Of a stretch of 64,000 nucleotides of DNA, positions 56,099 through 64,000 are shown one piece after another; position 1 is the first letter of the stretch, and every line of letters starts with the position of its first letter. Source of the stretch: an uncultured Anaerolineaceae bacterium (GTDB taxonomy: Bacteria; Chloroflexota; Anaerolineae; Anaerolineales; E44-bin32); assembly GCA_964385305.1 (NCBI GenBank), contig CAYLOP010000001.1, positions 4,073-68,072 on the forward strand. Reading direction: 5' to 3'. Position numbers and translations under genes: made by a program. The notes under the pieces were generated by a model. It made no database searches and was not told where the DNA came from. It saw only the letters and a program-made list of their open reading frames with translations.

Positions 56099-57010
56099 TT
56101 ACGGTGCGATGAACATCTGAATATCAGCCGTCTGTCGGCGGTCCGTGATCCATGCCTCTACCGCCTCTTGGCGCGCTTGTCGAAGCGCTTCGGGGGAAAG
56201 GGGGCTCACACCCCTTTCCGTCAATTGTATGATATGAAAGCCTAACACGCTTTCTACAACCTCGCTCAACTCACCCGGTTCCAACTCAAATACAGCGTTC
56301 TCAACCTCGGGTATCAAGAGAAAGCCTCTTGGAAACCAGCCCAAGTCGCCAGCGGCCAACCGGGTGCTCGGATCAATCGAGAATGTGCGTGCCAGCGTTG
56401 CAAAATCATCCCCAGAGAGCAGTCTCGCTCTTATCGCCTCGGCATCCTCGCGTGTCTCAAGCAAGATGTGTCGGGCATGAACCTGCTCTGCGGACGCCGG
56501 AACCCCGGCAACGATTTGATCGACCATATTCGATCCGAGCATCTCTTCAACCAAGGCAATTTCAAACTCCTCAAGCGTATACTCGTACTCTGCAAGCCAG
56601 GCGTCAAGTGCATCGTTGCTGCCCAGCTCGGCTGTAAGGCGCTCTATCTCTCGCCTGACGCTGCCCTCTTCGAGGGTAAGCCCAGACTCCATAGCTCCCT
56701 GAGCAAGCAGACGCCGATCAATCAATGACTGCAGAACTGTGCCTTGGTAATCTTCAATGGTTGCAAGGTCGATGCCACGCTCCATCTGAGCCTTTTCATA
56801 ACGCTGGAGCTCATCCTCATACTCGGCCATCAAGATAGGCTCGCCGCCCACCACGGCGGCTAAAGGTTCTGGTGAGGGAGTAGGCGTAGAGGGCGGGACG
56901 GTTGGAACGGGAGTTGAAGGGTTTGGTGTTAGATCTTCAGCTCCATCGCATCCCGTCACCAGTAGGACGCATCCAAGGATGGCGAGAAGAAAGTAGAATT
57001 TTTGCGTCAT
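56099..57010 (-). CDS. Parvulin-type peptidyl-prolyl isomerase lipoprotein (PrsA/SurA-like)
   Basis: Lipobox LLVTGCDG, a SurA-N-like helical region, and the PpiC core VHARHILL...DLGWFPRG...GFHIIQL. Confidence 0.85.
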   Translation of the reverse strand: MTQKFYFLLAILGCVLLVTGCDGAEDLTPNPSTPVPTVPPSTPTPSPEPLAAVVGGEPILMAEYEDELQRYEKAQMERGIDLATIEDYQGTVLQSLIDRRLLAQGAMESGLTLEEGSVRREIERLTAELGSNDALDAWLAEYEYTLEEFEIALVEEMLGSNMVDQIVAGVPASAEQVHARHILLETREDAEAIRARLLSGDDFATLARTFSIDPSTRLAAGDLGWFPRGFLLIPEVENAVFELEPGELSEVVESVLGFHIIQLTERGVSPLSPEALRQARQEAVEAWITDRRQTADIQMFIAP

Positions 57011-57064
57011 AGTTTAGAGGATTATACCTGCCGCATGGGGGCACGCAATATACGTGCTCGTAGG

Positions 57065-58717
57065 TCAGGTAACCGTAATCTCGGAAGTGAACACAAATAC
57101 CATAGGGCGACGCTTTGTCTCGGCATAGAAGAACTTTGCGAGGTCTTTTTCGATACGCGTGCTCAACTTGGATGCATCCCCATTTGTAGCGATCTCACGG
57201 ATGCGCGCTCGGGCCTGTTCAAAAAGTTCTTCAGCCTCTCGAACGAAGACGAATCCCTTCGAGACGATCTCTGGCTCGCTGATGATCTTGCCGGAAAGAC
57301 TATCGAGCGTCAAGTGTACGACGACAAAACCTTCACGTGCCAGGGTGACACGTTCGCGCATCACGCGTGGCCCTATATCACCCACACCACTTCCATCTAC
57401 GAAGACATACCCGCCGGGAATCCGTTCCCCGACGTGCATCCCATCATGATCTAATTCGATCACTGTGCCATTCTCAACCACAGCGATATTTTCATCCGGG
57501 ATGCCAAGCTGGCGAGCGAGCGAGGCGTGTTGCTTGAGGTGCCGAAGCTCGCCATGGATGGGTACAAAATACTTGGGTTTGATGAGTTGAAGTAACAGTT
57601 TCATCTCCTCTTGATAGGCATGGCCTGAAACGTGGATGGGAGCCACGGCGTCGTAGATCACCTCTGCACCGCGCTGGAAGAGGCGGTTGATGGTACGGTG
57701 GACCATCTCCTCGTTCCCCGGGATGGGCGTTGACGACATGACCACCGTGTCGCCAGTTTCGATATCCAAGCTGCGATGGGTTCCGGTAGAGAGACGCCCC
57801 AGGATCGACGAAGGTTCGCCTTGCGTTCCGGTGCACATCAGCGCGACTTTTGAAGGATCGGTTTTCAGTGCTTTCTCGAGCGGTATGATCAAGCCTTTGG
57901 GCGCCTTCAGATACCCCAACTTGAGGGCCATGTTCGCATTATCGACCATACTGCGACCCACGAAGGCCAGCTTCCTCCCGTGGCGATCTGCGACATGGAT
58001 GATCTGTTGCATGCGCGAGATCAGGGATGCGAACGTTCCGATGAGGATGCGTCCCTTCGCTTGGCGGAAGACATCCTCGAAGGCTTTGCTGATCAAAGCT
58101 TCGGAGGGGGACCACCCGGGTCTTGAGGCGTTTGTCGAGTCGGCGAGTAAAGCGAGGACGCCACGCGTGCCGAATTCGGCCAGTTTCCCGAAGTCCGTAG
58201 TCCAGCCGTCGACGGGCGTGTGGTCGAATTTGTAGTCGCCGGAATGGACGATCAATCCCATTGGTGTTGTGATTCCCAGGCCGACGCCATCGGGGATGGA
58301 GTGGCTGACATGGAAGAATTCGACCTTAAAGGGGCCGAGTTGGACCGAATCTCCGGCATGGATGGTTCTCAGGTCAACGTCCTTCAACATCCCGCCTCGA
58401 TCGAGTTTAACCTCGAGCAAACCCTGTGTGAGGCGCGTGGCGTAGATCGGCGCTGTGATTTGCTCCAACACATGTCGGATAGCGCCGGTGTGATCCTCGT
58501 GACCGTGCGTGATAATGATGCCTTCGATTTTCTCGCGCTTATCGAGCAGGTAACCAAAGTCAGGAATGATGTAGTCGATGCCCAACATATCATTTTCAGG
58601 GAACATGATCCCAGCATCGATGAGGAGGATGCTGTCGCCGTATTCGACAGCCATCATGTTCTTGCCAACCTCCCCCAATCCACCGAGTGGGACGATTCTC
58701 AATTTGCTATTTTCCAT
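57065..58717 (-). CDS. rnj: Ribonuclease J
   Basis: LRIVPLGGLGEVGKNMM, metallo-beta-lactamase HGHEDHTG, beta-CASP and C-terminal domains. The Met at 58717 has an AAGGAAAG RBS. The upstream ATG at 58750 overlaps a TATAAT sequence. Confidence 0.9.
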   Translation of the reverse strand: MENSKLRIVPLGGLGEVGKNMMAVEYGDSILLIDAGIMFPENDMLGIDYIIPDFGYLLDKREKIEGIIITHGHEDHTGAIRHVLEQITAPIYATRLTQGLLEVKLDRGGMLKDVDLRTIHAGDSVQLGPFKVEFFHVSHSIPDGVGLGITTPMGLIVHSGDYKFDHTPVDGWTTDFGKLAEFGTRGVLALLADSTNASRPGWSPSEALISKAFEDVFRQAKGRILIGTFASLISRMQQIIHVADRHGRKLAFVGRSMVDNANMALKLGYLKAPKGLIIPLEKALKTDPSKVALMCTGTQGEPSSILGRLSTGTHRSLDIETGDTVVMSSTPIPGNEEMVHRTINRLFQRGAEVIYDAVAPIHVSGHAYQEEMKLLLQLIKPKYFVPIHGELRHLKQHASLARQLGIPDENIAVVENGTVIELDHDGMHVGERIPGGYVFVDGSGVGDIGPRVMRERVTLAREGFVVVHLTLDSLSGKIISEPEIVSKGFVFVREAEELFEQARARIREIATNGDASKLSTRIEKDLAKFFYAETKRRPMVFVFTSEITVT

Positions 58718-58760
58718 TTCAATTCTTTCCTTATCATTTTTCACTAGCATTATATGCGGT

Positions 58761-58791
58761 AAAACCCCGTCGGGCAGTATGCCGGGCGGGG
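58761..58791 (-). terminator. Candidate intrinsic terminator after the cold-shock gene
   Basis: On the minus strand, the GC-rich imperfect hairpin CCCCGCCCGGCATACTGCCCGACGGGG is followed by TTTT (plus-strand AAAA at 58761-58764). Confidence 0.4.
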
Positions 58792-58819
58792 AGCGGGACG
58801 AGCCGTTCAGAAAGGTTAT

Positions 58820-59035
58820 TTAATTTAGACGGGTAACGTCCGTCGCTTGATGACCATGTGCGGCAGTATATTCGAGGAAGAACGCCACTTGTTCACCTAC
58901 AGACAGTAAAGGGTACCCCTCACCATTAATGGCCGAATAATGCACGAAGACGTCTTCCCCGTCTTCTGTATCAATGTAGCCATACCCTTTCGAGCCGTCG
59001 AACCAGCGCACCACGCCGGTTGTCCGCTTTGCCAC
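58820..59035 (-). CDS. csp: Cold-shock protein (CspA family)
   Basis: RNP1/RNP2-type motifs GVVRWFDGSKGYGYI and DVFVHYSAI. 71 aa. Confidence 0.9.
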   Translation of the reverse strand: MAKRTTGVVRWFDGSKGYGYIDTEDGEDVFVHYSAINGEGYPLLSVGEQVAFFLEYTAAHGHQATDVTRLN

Positions 59036-59195
59036 GATAATGCCTCCAGTAAATATCGGTGAATTCTATCACCTGGGAAGCGGGGCGTCAATTCATGAGG
59101 TGGTTCTCAAGATGACACCGCGAATATTGTGGGAGGCGAGGATCTCAGACCGATGATGGTCGCAGTTCTAAGGATGGAAGCACTCCAGCGTCTTA

Positions 59196-62100
59196 TTAGG
59201 GTTTAATGGTATACACCCGCCCCTCACCCTGGCCGTATACCTCCGGGAAATACACGGCCCATGCCCTTGGAGGCAGGACGCGGTACTCTCCGGGCAGCGT
59301 GGCGTGGAGCAGATAGGTGTATTGGTAGGTCCCAGCAGGCATGAACTCGGCAAATAGTCGAAGCTGGTCGTCGCCAAACTGCGCACGGCGGAACCACCAC
59401 CCTCCCCACCCATTTCTGGTGAGGTCGATGCTCGTGAAATCGACAGGAGGACCACCGCTCGGTGTGGTGAGCAGTTGGGTATCCACCGGCTCCGCTCCAG
59501 CGGGATAGGGATCTTCCACCGTTAGATAATATTGATCGGTGGGCAAGATGAGCGTGAGCCGGACGAGCAGATCCTCACCCACACTGGCGGATGTGGCTGG
59601 AGTGCACGGAGTCTCCAAACCACCACATTCACCGTCGAAGTGAAAGTACTCTCTCAAGATGGTAAGGCCGTGTGAACTCGCCTCCGCATCCTCAATCGGC
59701 CGGTACACGCTCAGGTGGGCGGTGTAGTAGAGCGCCCCCTCTCCGGCGCCTCGCTCGATCGAAAGCTGGTTAGCTTGATCTGCGAATAAATCGGCAATGG
59801 GTGTGGTCTGCTCGACGGTGTTCAGGGGAGCGTCATCTGTCGCTGCGCCGGAGGCTAATGCACGGCCATTAAGGACCAAGCTGTAGGTGTAGTCCGCCTT
59901 GAAGGAGCCGCTCTGCTTTGCCCATTCGGTGAGCGCGAGCAAAGCCCAGGTCGTCTCATGGGATGAAGCCCAGGAGCCATCCCTGCTGCGCGCAGCAGCA
60001 AGCCAGCGGACCACATTTGGAAGGAGCGCGTGGTCCGGATCTAGTGCGGTCCATGCTTGGAGGATGTGGGATGTGGTTGATACAGGGCTGCCGAAATTAC
60101 GACGATCGACAGCGGTCTCTTCCCAATGGACCCCCGTAGCAGATTGGATGGCGGATGCCTGGAAATCCGACAGTAGTACGGGGATGGCGTCGTCGTATGG
60201 GGCTAGGATGCCGAGCGTCTGTGCGACGAGAGCGCGTGCCCACAGGCTGAGCGAGGCGCGGTCCTCAGCCATCTGGCGAGCCAACGCCAAGTCGCCGTGA
60301 TCCGCGATGGTAAGGACGTAAAGAATGAATGCCTGGCGATCCTTGCTTGAGGGATCACGCAGCATTTCAGGGGGAACGAGACCTGCCATTAAATACTGAA
60401 TCGCATCTGAATAGGTTTGCTGCCCGATTGTCGCACCGGCCTGACTTGCCAAGGTGAGGCCATGCAGCACATAGGCTGTCAGGTACGAATCGGAGGGGCT
60501 CTCACGCCACCAGCCCCAACCACCGTCCGAATTTTGGCGGCTCTGCAGGACCTGCAACCCTTCCTGGACTGTCCGTTCAAGACGGGCCTGGAACGAGGGG
60601 TCATCAATCCCACCCTGGATGAGGGCTTGGTATGCAACCACATTAGGCAAGAAACGCGATACAGCCCTCTCGGTGGAAAGATCGGGCGTGGTCTCCAGGA
60701 CATCGAGCGCACTATTGATGGCTGCACCCAGGGTGGGGTCGAGTGTGGTGCGCAACTCACCCTGCGTGGCATCGTAGCGGCGCGGCAGGTTTATCGCCTC
60801 CGTGCGGGTTCCGGCTTCGGTGAGTGTACCGGCGGTAGCGGCGGTTTCGGGCGCGGTGTAACGGAGCACGGGGAGTGCGCCATCCAATGTTGATCCCACG
60901 GTAGGCTTGGAAGCGTCGGAATAGCCGCCCCCGGATACGCGGAAGGTGAGATCGACGGCCTCGACATCCAAAACGGTGATGCTCCACTCGAAGCGAACTT
61001 GCCCTTCGGTGGGCACGCTCGCGCTGGCGGTGGGCTCGCTGGTGATCTCCGCGCCGGAGGCCAGGAGGCTCGCTTCCACCGCGAGATCTCGACCCGTGTT
61101 GTTGTGTACCACAGCCGCTACAGCAGCGGCATCGCCGGCGGTGAAAAAGCGCGGCGTTACTGGGCGGATGAGCAGTTCTTTTGTTGCGACGATGTCGACG
61201 GCAGCATCGCCAACCAGGGTGTCCATGCTCACACCGCGGGCGTCCATATGCCATGTCGTCAGGCTATCGGGGAGCGTGAGCGTGATTTCGGCTTGGCCCT
61301 GTGAATCTGTAATCACGGTCGCGTTCCAGTAAGCGGTATCCGGGAACTCCTCCCGAACTTCAAATAGCTCCAGACCATCGCCTCCGCCGCCAATGCCATC
61401 AGGGCCCGGGGTTTCGACGATGCTTTCACCGCTCATCACGAGTGAGGCGCCCGTGCGGACGCGCAGCGGCTGGTCACCGTAGAAGGCTTCGAAGGGGAAA
61501 GGGCTGTTGGGGTCAGCGAGCGAAAGCGCGGCGAGATCAGTTAGGGCAAGCGAGAATTCGGCCTCGACCGGGTTGCCCTGTGAATCGGCAGCTTTTAATG
61601 CGTACGTAACTTGTTCGCCAGGACCTGCGCGGCTGCGATCCGGTGTAAGCACAACCTGCAGCGCCAGCGCTTCTGGGTCTACGGTGAGCTCGACCATGCC
61701 AACGGCGATACTGGCCGGTATCGTATCCGAGTGTGGCTGAACCACCGCTACGGAGAGGTAGATGTTGGGGGCATAACTGGGCTCGATGGGAATTTCGAAC
61801 AGCGTGCCAGTCGAAGCGAGGGGGAGGACTTGATGCGTGAGGACTTCGCCGCGCTCGACGGTGACAAGCGCTGTGGTCTCCCCATCGTACGGAGATGGGA
61901 TGAAGATGTGCGCAGTGTCACCAGGCTGGTATTCGGCGCGATCGGGCACAAGCGCAAGGCGGCCCACATGAGGGGAGCGCCATACATTCATCCCTTGGCC
62001 GGCTACCCAGATTGTGAGCTCGGCGAGGGTCTGGCGGCCTTTGGGGTCCTCTCCCATCGCGGATACGCGATAGGTTCCGGCTCGCTCCGGCTTGAAACTA

Positions 62101-64000
62101 AAAAGGAAAGTGCCGTCATCCCCGGTAGCGCGTGTGGCCCGATTGACCGGTGTGGCTTCGGATGTCCAAGTGATGCGACCGCTCTCATCGACGACCTGCA
62201 TCCAACTCACACGCTCGACGAGGATTTCTGCGGACTGGCTTGGAACGGGTTCACCGGTCCAATCCAAAGCGTTGAGCTTGACGACCGCTTCCTCACTTTC
62301 TCGCAAAGCATACCGCTCAGGGATCAGAGAGAGATAAACGGCTGCAGGATGCAGCTTGACCGTCGAGCGCCCAGTGACAGGTAGCCCAGCGCTGTCGATC
62401 ATCGTCGCTTCGATGTTGATGATGGCTGGTGCGGTGCCCTCTAGATCTGTGGGAAGTGTGATCTGGAGCGAACCGTCCTCACCGGTCTGACCGGAGCCTT
62501 GAGCCAAGGTTCCTCCAGGGAAGATTCCCGGGATGGACGCACGGCTGAACCAATCGATCGCTTGAGGAAAATCAAGTGGGTAAAATGGCGTTGCCCATGC
62601 TGTCCATTGGACAGCTGCATCGCTCACCGCTCCGCCAAAGAAGTACTCCCCTGCAATTTCCGCAGATAAGGGTTCGCCGATGGCAACCTCTTTGGCCGAG
62701 GGATCAACAACCACAGAAAACTCTGGTTTGCGATACGCAGCGACATCAAAGTAGACCGTGCCGTACTCAGTCTCGATTACGTAGACGCCCAAGGTTGCTT
62801 CACTGTTGAGCGGGAACTCGCCATCGAAAGTGCCAAACGACGAAAGTTGTGCGGTTTGTGTATGGATCACATCGCCCATAGTTTCCCGCACGGTAATTTC
62901 GACACTCGCCAGGTCTGGAAGCGCGTAACGCGCCTCGTCAGTCTGGCGGAGCACCCCCCGGAAATGAACCGTCTGCCCGGGACGGTAGATTGGCCTATCG
63001 GTGTACAGATAGGTCTTGAAGGGTGGTTGATCAAGGTCGTGGGATATTCCGAAGGTATAGGGATGGAGGCTGTCCGACCAGGTGTTGGCGGTCATTCCAA
63101 ACTGCGGGTCGCCCGGTTCACCACTGACGGCATACAATCGGGCATAGGGATCTTCCAAAAGGTTTATGGGGATAGTTAGGACGCCTTCGGCATCCGTGAG
63201 CCCGTCTCCGATCTCGACACCGTTTTCATCGAGGAGACGAATAGGGAATGCCGATAGCGGATCACCCTCTTCTAGATCAACCGCCCATATGAACACTTCA
63301 CTAGTCGACGATTTGACGACGATTTCGACGTGGCGGATGAGGAGCAACCGCCGCTGCGGCTCGGACTGGTCGTTAGGAATATCAATGACAAGTTGATAGA
63401 GGCCTGTGGTGAGCGCCGTGTTTTGCAAGCGTACAGGTTGACGATAGGTTTGATTGCGCGGCGCCAATACGGGCTGAGACCACTGGCGTAGAAGTTGGCC
63501 GCTGGGTTCGGGCACACTTGCGTATGGGGCGGTGAGGGTATTCAGTGCTTCATCGAGCGTCAGGCTGTAGAGTTCCAAGTCGATGCGCGTGGCATTACGG
63601 ACCTGGATATCCACCACTTGTGGGGAGTCGCTCGCCAGGGTGAGGATTTCTCCAAAGCGGGGAAAGCTGACCTGTGGTGGGAGATCCGTGGTCGTGAAAT
63701 TCAGGTTATATGCCTGAGACAGGGCAGTCCCGTAGGGATCGGAAGCGGCATTGGAGAGCTTCAATTGATAAGGCGTCGCTGGCTGGTAATCCCCATAGAC
63801 GACGAGGGTACGGCTGTCCTCCCGCCAATACGTCCACTTATTTTCGAGGATGGGAGTTAGCTCGAGCGCCTCGATGATGGAAGCCTCATCCATGGGTGCA
63901 TTGAAGGTGATCTCGAGTCCACCGTACACAGGTTTCAACCCAGAACTTCCAAGCGAAGTTGAGATGACTCTGGGCACAGGCACTGTGGTGAAATCCATTC
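59196..64000 (-). CDS. Bacterial alpha-2-macroglobulin family protein (large, thioester-less), N-terminus beyond window edge
   Basis: More than 1600 aa of repeated macroglobulin (MG) beta-sandwich-like units. An alpha-helical TED-like region contains DGGWGWW and DGSWASSHETTWALLAL. The position of the CxEQ thioester reads LSTERAV (60666-60677). The ORF is still open at 64000. Confidence 0.85.
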   Translation of the reverse strand, partial: MDFTTVPVPRVISTSLGSSGLKPVYGGLEITFNAPMDEASIIEALELTPILENKWTYWREDSRTLVVYGDYQPATPYQLKLSNAASDPYGTALSQAYNLNFTTTDLPPQVSFPRFGEILTLASDSPQVVDIQVRNATRIDLELYSLTLDEALNTLTAPYASVPEPSGQLLRQWSQPVLAPRNQTYRQPVRLQNTALTTGLYQLVIDIPNDQSEPQRRLLLIRHVEIVVKSSTSEVFIWAVDLEEGDPLSAFPIRLLDENGVEIGDGLTDAEGVLTIPINLLEDPYARLYAVSGEPGDPQFGMTANTWSDSLHPYTFGISHDLDQPPFKTYLYTDRPIYRPGQTVHFRGVLRQTDEARYALPDLASVEITVRETMGDVIHTQTAQLSSFGTFDGEFPLNSEATLGVYVIETEYGTVYFDVAAYRKPEFSVVVDPSAKEVAIGEPLSAEIAGEYFFGGAVSDAAVQWTAWATPFYPLDFPQAIDWFSRASIPGIFPGGTLAQGSGQTGEDGSLQITLPTDLEGTAPAIINIEATMIDSAGLPVTGRSTVKLHPAAVYLSLIPERYALRESEEAVVKLNALDWTGEPVPSQSAEILVERVSWMQVVDESGRITWTSEATPVNRATRATGDDGTFLFSFKPERAGTYRVSAMGEDPKGRQTLAELTIWVAGQGMNVWRSPHVGRLALVPDRAEYQPGDTAHIFIPSPYDGETTALVTVERGEVLTHQVLPLASTGTLFEIPIEPSYAPNIYLSVAVVQPHSDTIPASIAVGMVELTVDPEALALQVVLTPDRSRAGPGEQVTYALKAADSQGNPVEAEFSLALTDLAALSLADPNSPFPFEAFYGDQPLRVRTGASLVMSGESIVETPGPDGIGGGGDGLELFEVREEFPDTAYWNATVITDSQGQAEITLTLPDSLTTWHMDARGVSMDTLVGDAAVDIVATKELLIRPVTPRFFTAGDAAAVAAVVHNNTGRDLAVEASLLASGAEITSEPTASASVPTEGQVRFEWSITVLDVEAVDLTFRVSGGGYSDASKPTVGSTLDGALPVLRYTAPETAATAGTLTEAGTRTEAINLPRRYDATQGELRTTLDPTLGAAINSALDVLETTPDLSTERAVSRFLPNVVAYQALIQGGIDDPSFQARLERTVQEGLQVLQSRQNSDGGWGWWRESPSDSYLTAYVLHGLTLASQAGATIGQQTYSDAIQYLMAGLVPPEMLRDPSSKDRQAFILYVLTIADHGDLALARQMAEDRASLSLWARALVAQTLGILAPYDDAIPVLLSDFQASAIQSATGVHWEETAVDRRNFGSPVSTTSHILQAWTALDPDHALLPNVVRWLAAARSRDGSWASSHETTWALLALTEWAKQSGSFKADYTYSLVLNGRALASGAATDDAPLNTVEQTTPIADLFADQANQLSIERGAGEGALYYTAHLSVYRPIEDAEASSHGLTILREYFHFDGECGGLETPCTPATSASVGEDLLVRLTLILPTDQYYLTVEDPYPAGAEPVDTQLLTTPSGGPPVDFTSIDLTRNGWGGWWFRRAQFGDDQLRLFAEFMPAGTYQYTYLLHATLPGEYRVLPPRAWAVYFPEVYGQGEGRVYTIKP

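Noticed and set aside
1-64000. Search by eye for CRISPR arrays, rRNA/tRNA genes, transposases, integrases and long direct or inverted repeats
   Set aside because: I recognised none. All intergenic gaps are under 420 nt and are mostly explained by promoters, leaders and terminators. A computational repeat or tRNA scan would be needed to be certain.

Overview
This is a 64-kb chromosomal segment that is moderately GC-rich by eye; I did not compute GC content. It is densely coding and has a Chloroflexota-like flavour: secreted proteins with Pro/Thr-rich linkers, a T-box leader, PFOR, and many tightly coupled or overlapping genes. The taxonomic guess is inference only. I saw no rRNA, tRNA, CRISPR array, transposase or integrase.

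Gene content in order:
- 1-11.4 kb: the 3' part of an Opp/Dpp ABC ATPase, MscS, a GT2, a cupin plus membrane methyltransferase, a thioredoxin-VKOR fusion, a P-loop protein, and a HIT-LOG-DinB-SbcD-SbcC block.
- 11.5-25.5 kb: a NifS-SelD fusion, a large GAF/PAS histidine kinase, a UbiA prenyltransferase, a DHOD-like protein divergent from PFOR, and an overlapping SDR plus serine-palmitoyltransferase-like pair.
- 25.9-36.8 kb: a HAD hydrolase, a promoter plus T-box leader plus serS, DUF456, HEAT and Trm112-like proteins, VanW, a B3/4-domain protein, a Gmad2-like lipoprotein, a response regulator plus IDH-family operon, and an M32 carboxypeptidase.
- 37.1-37.6 kb: a multiply disrupted rpiB-family pseudogene.
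- 37.8-55.3 kb: a ~17.5-kb glycan-biosynthesis locus.
- 55.4-64 kb: a parvulin PPIase, RNase J, a cold-shock protein, and a >1600-aa alpha-2-macroglobulin without a thioester, truncated by the window end.

The most unusual element is the distal module of the glycan locus (50961-55272). It encodes the E1-alpha and E1-beta subunits of a 2-oxoacid dehydrogenase. These are followed by a protein in which a lipoyl domain and an E3/E1-binding domain are fused to a PglD/NeuD-type left-handed beta-helix amino-sugar N-acyltransferase, in place of an E2 catalytic core. A DegT-family sugar aminotransferase comes next. I propose this is a lipoyl-arm-dependent, acyl-CoA-bypassing N-acylation system for a nucleotide-linked amino sugar.

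All calls rest on motif recognition by eye. No database search was run.
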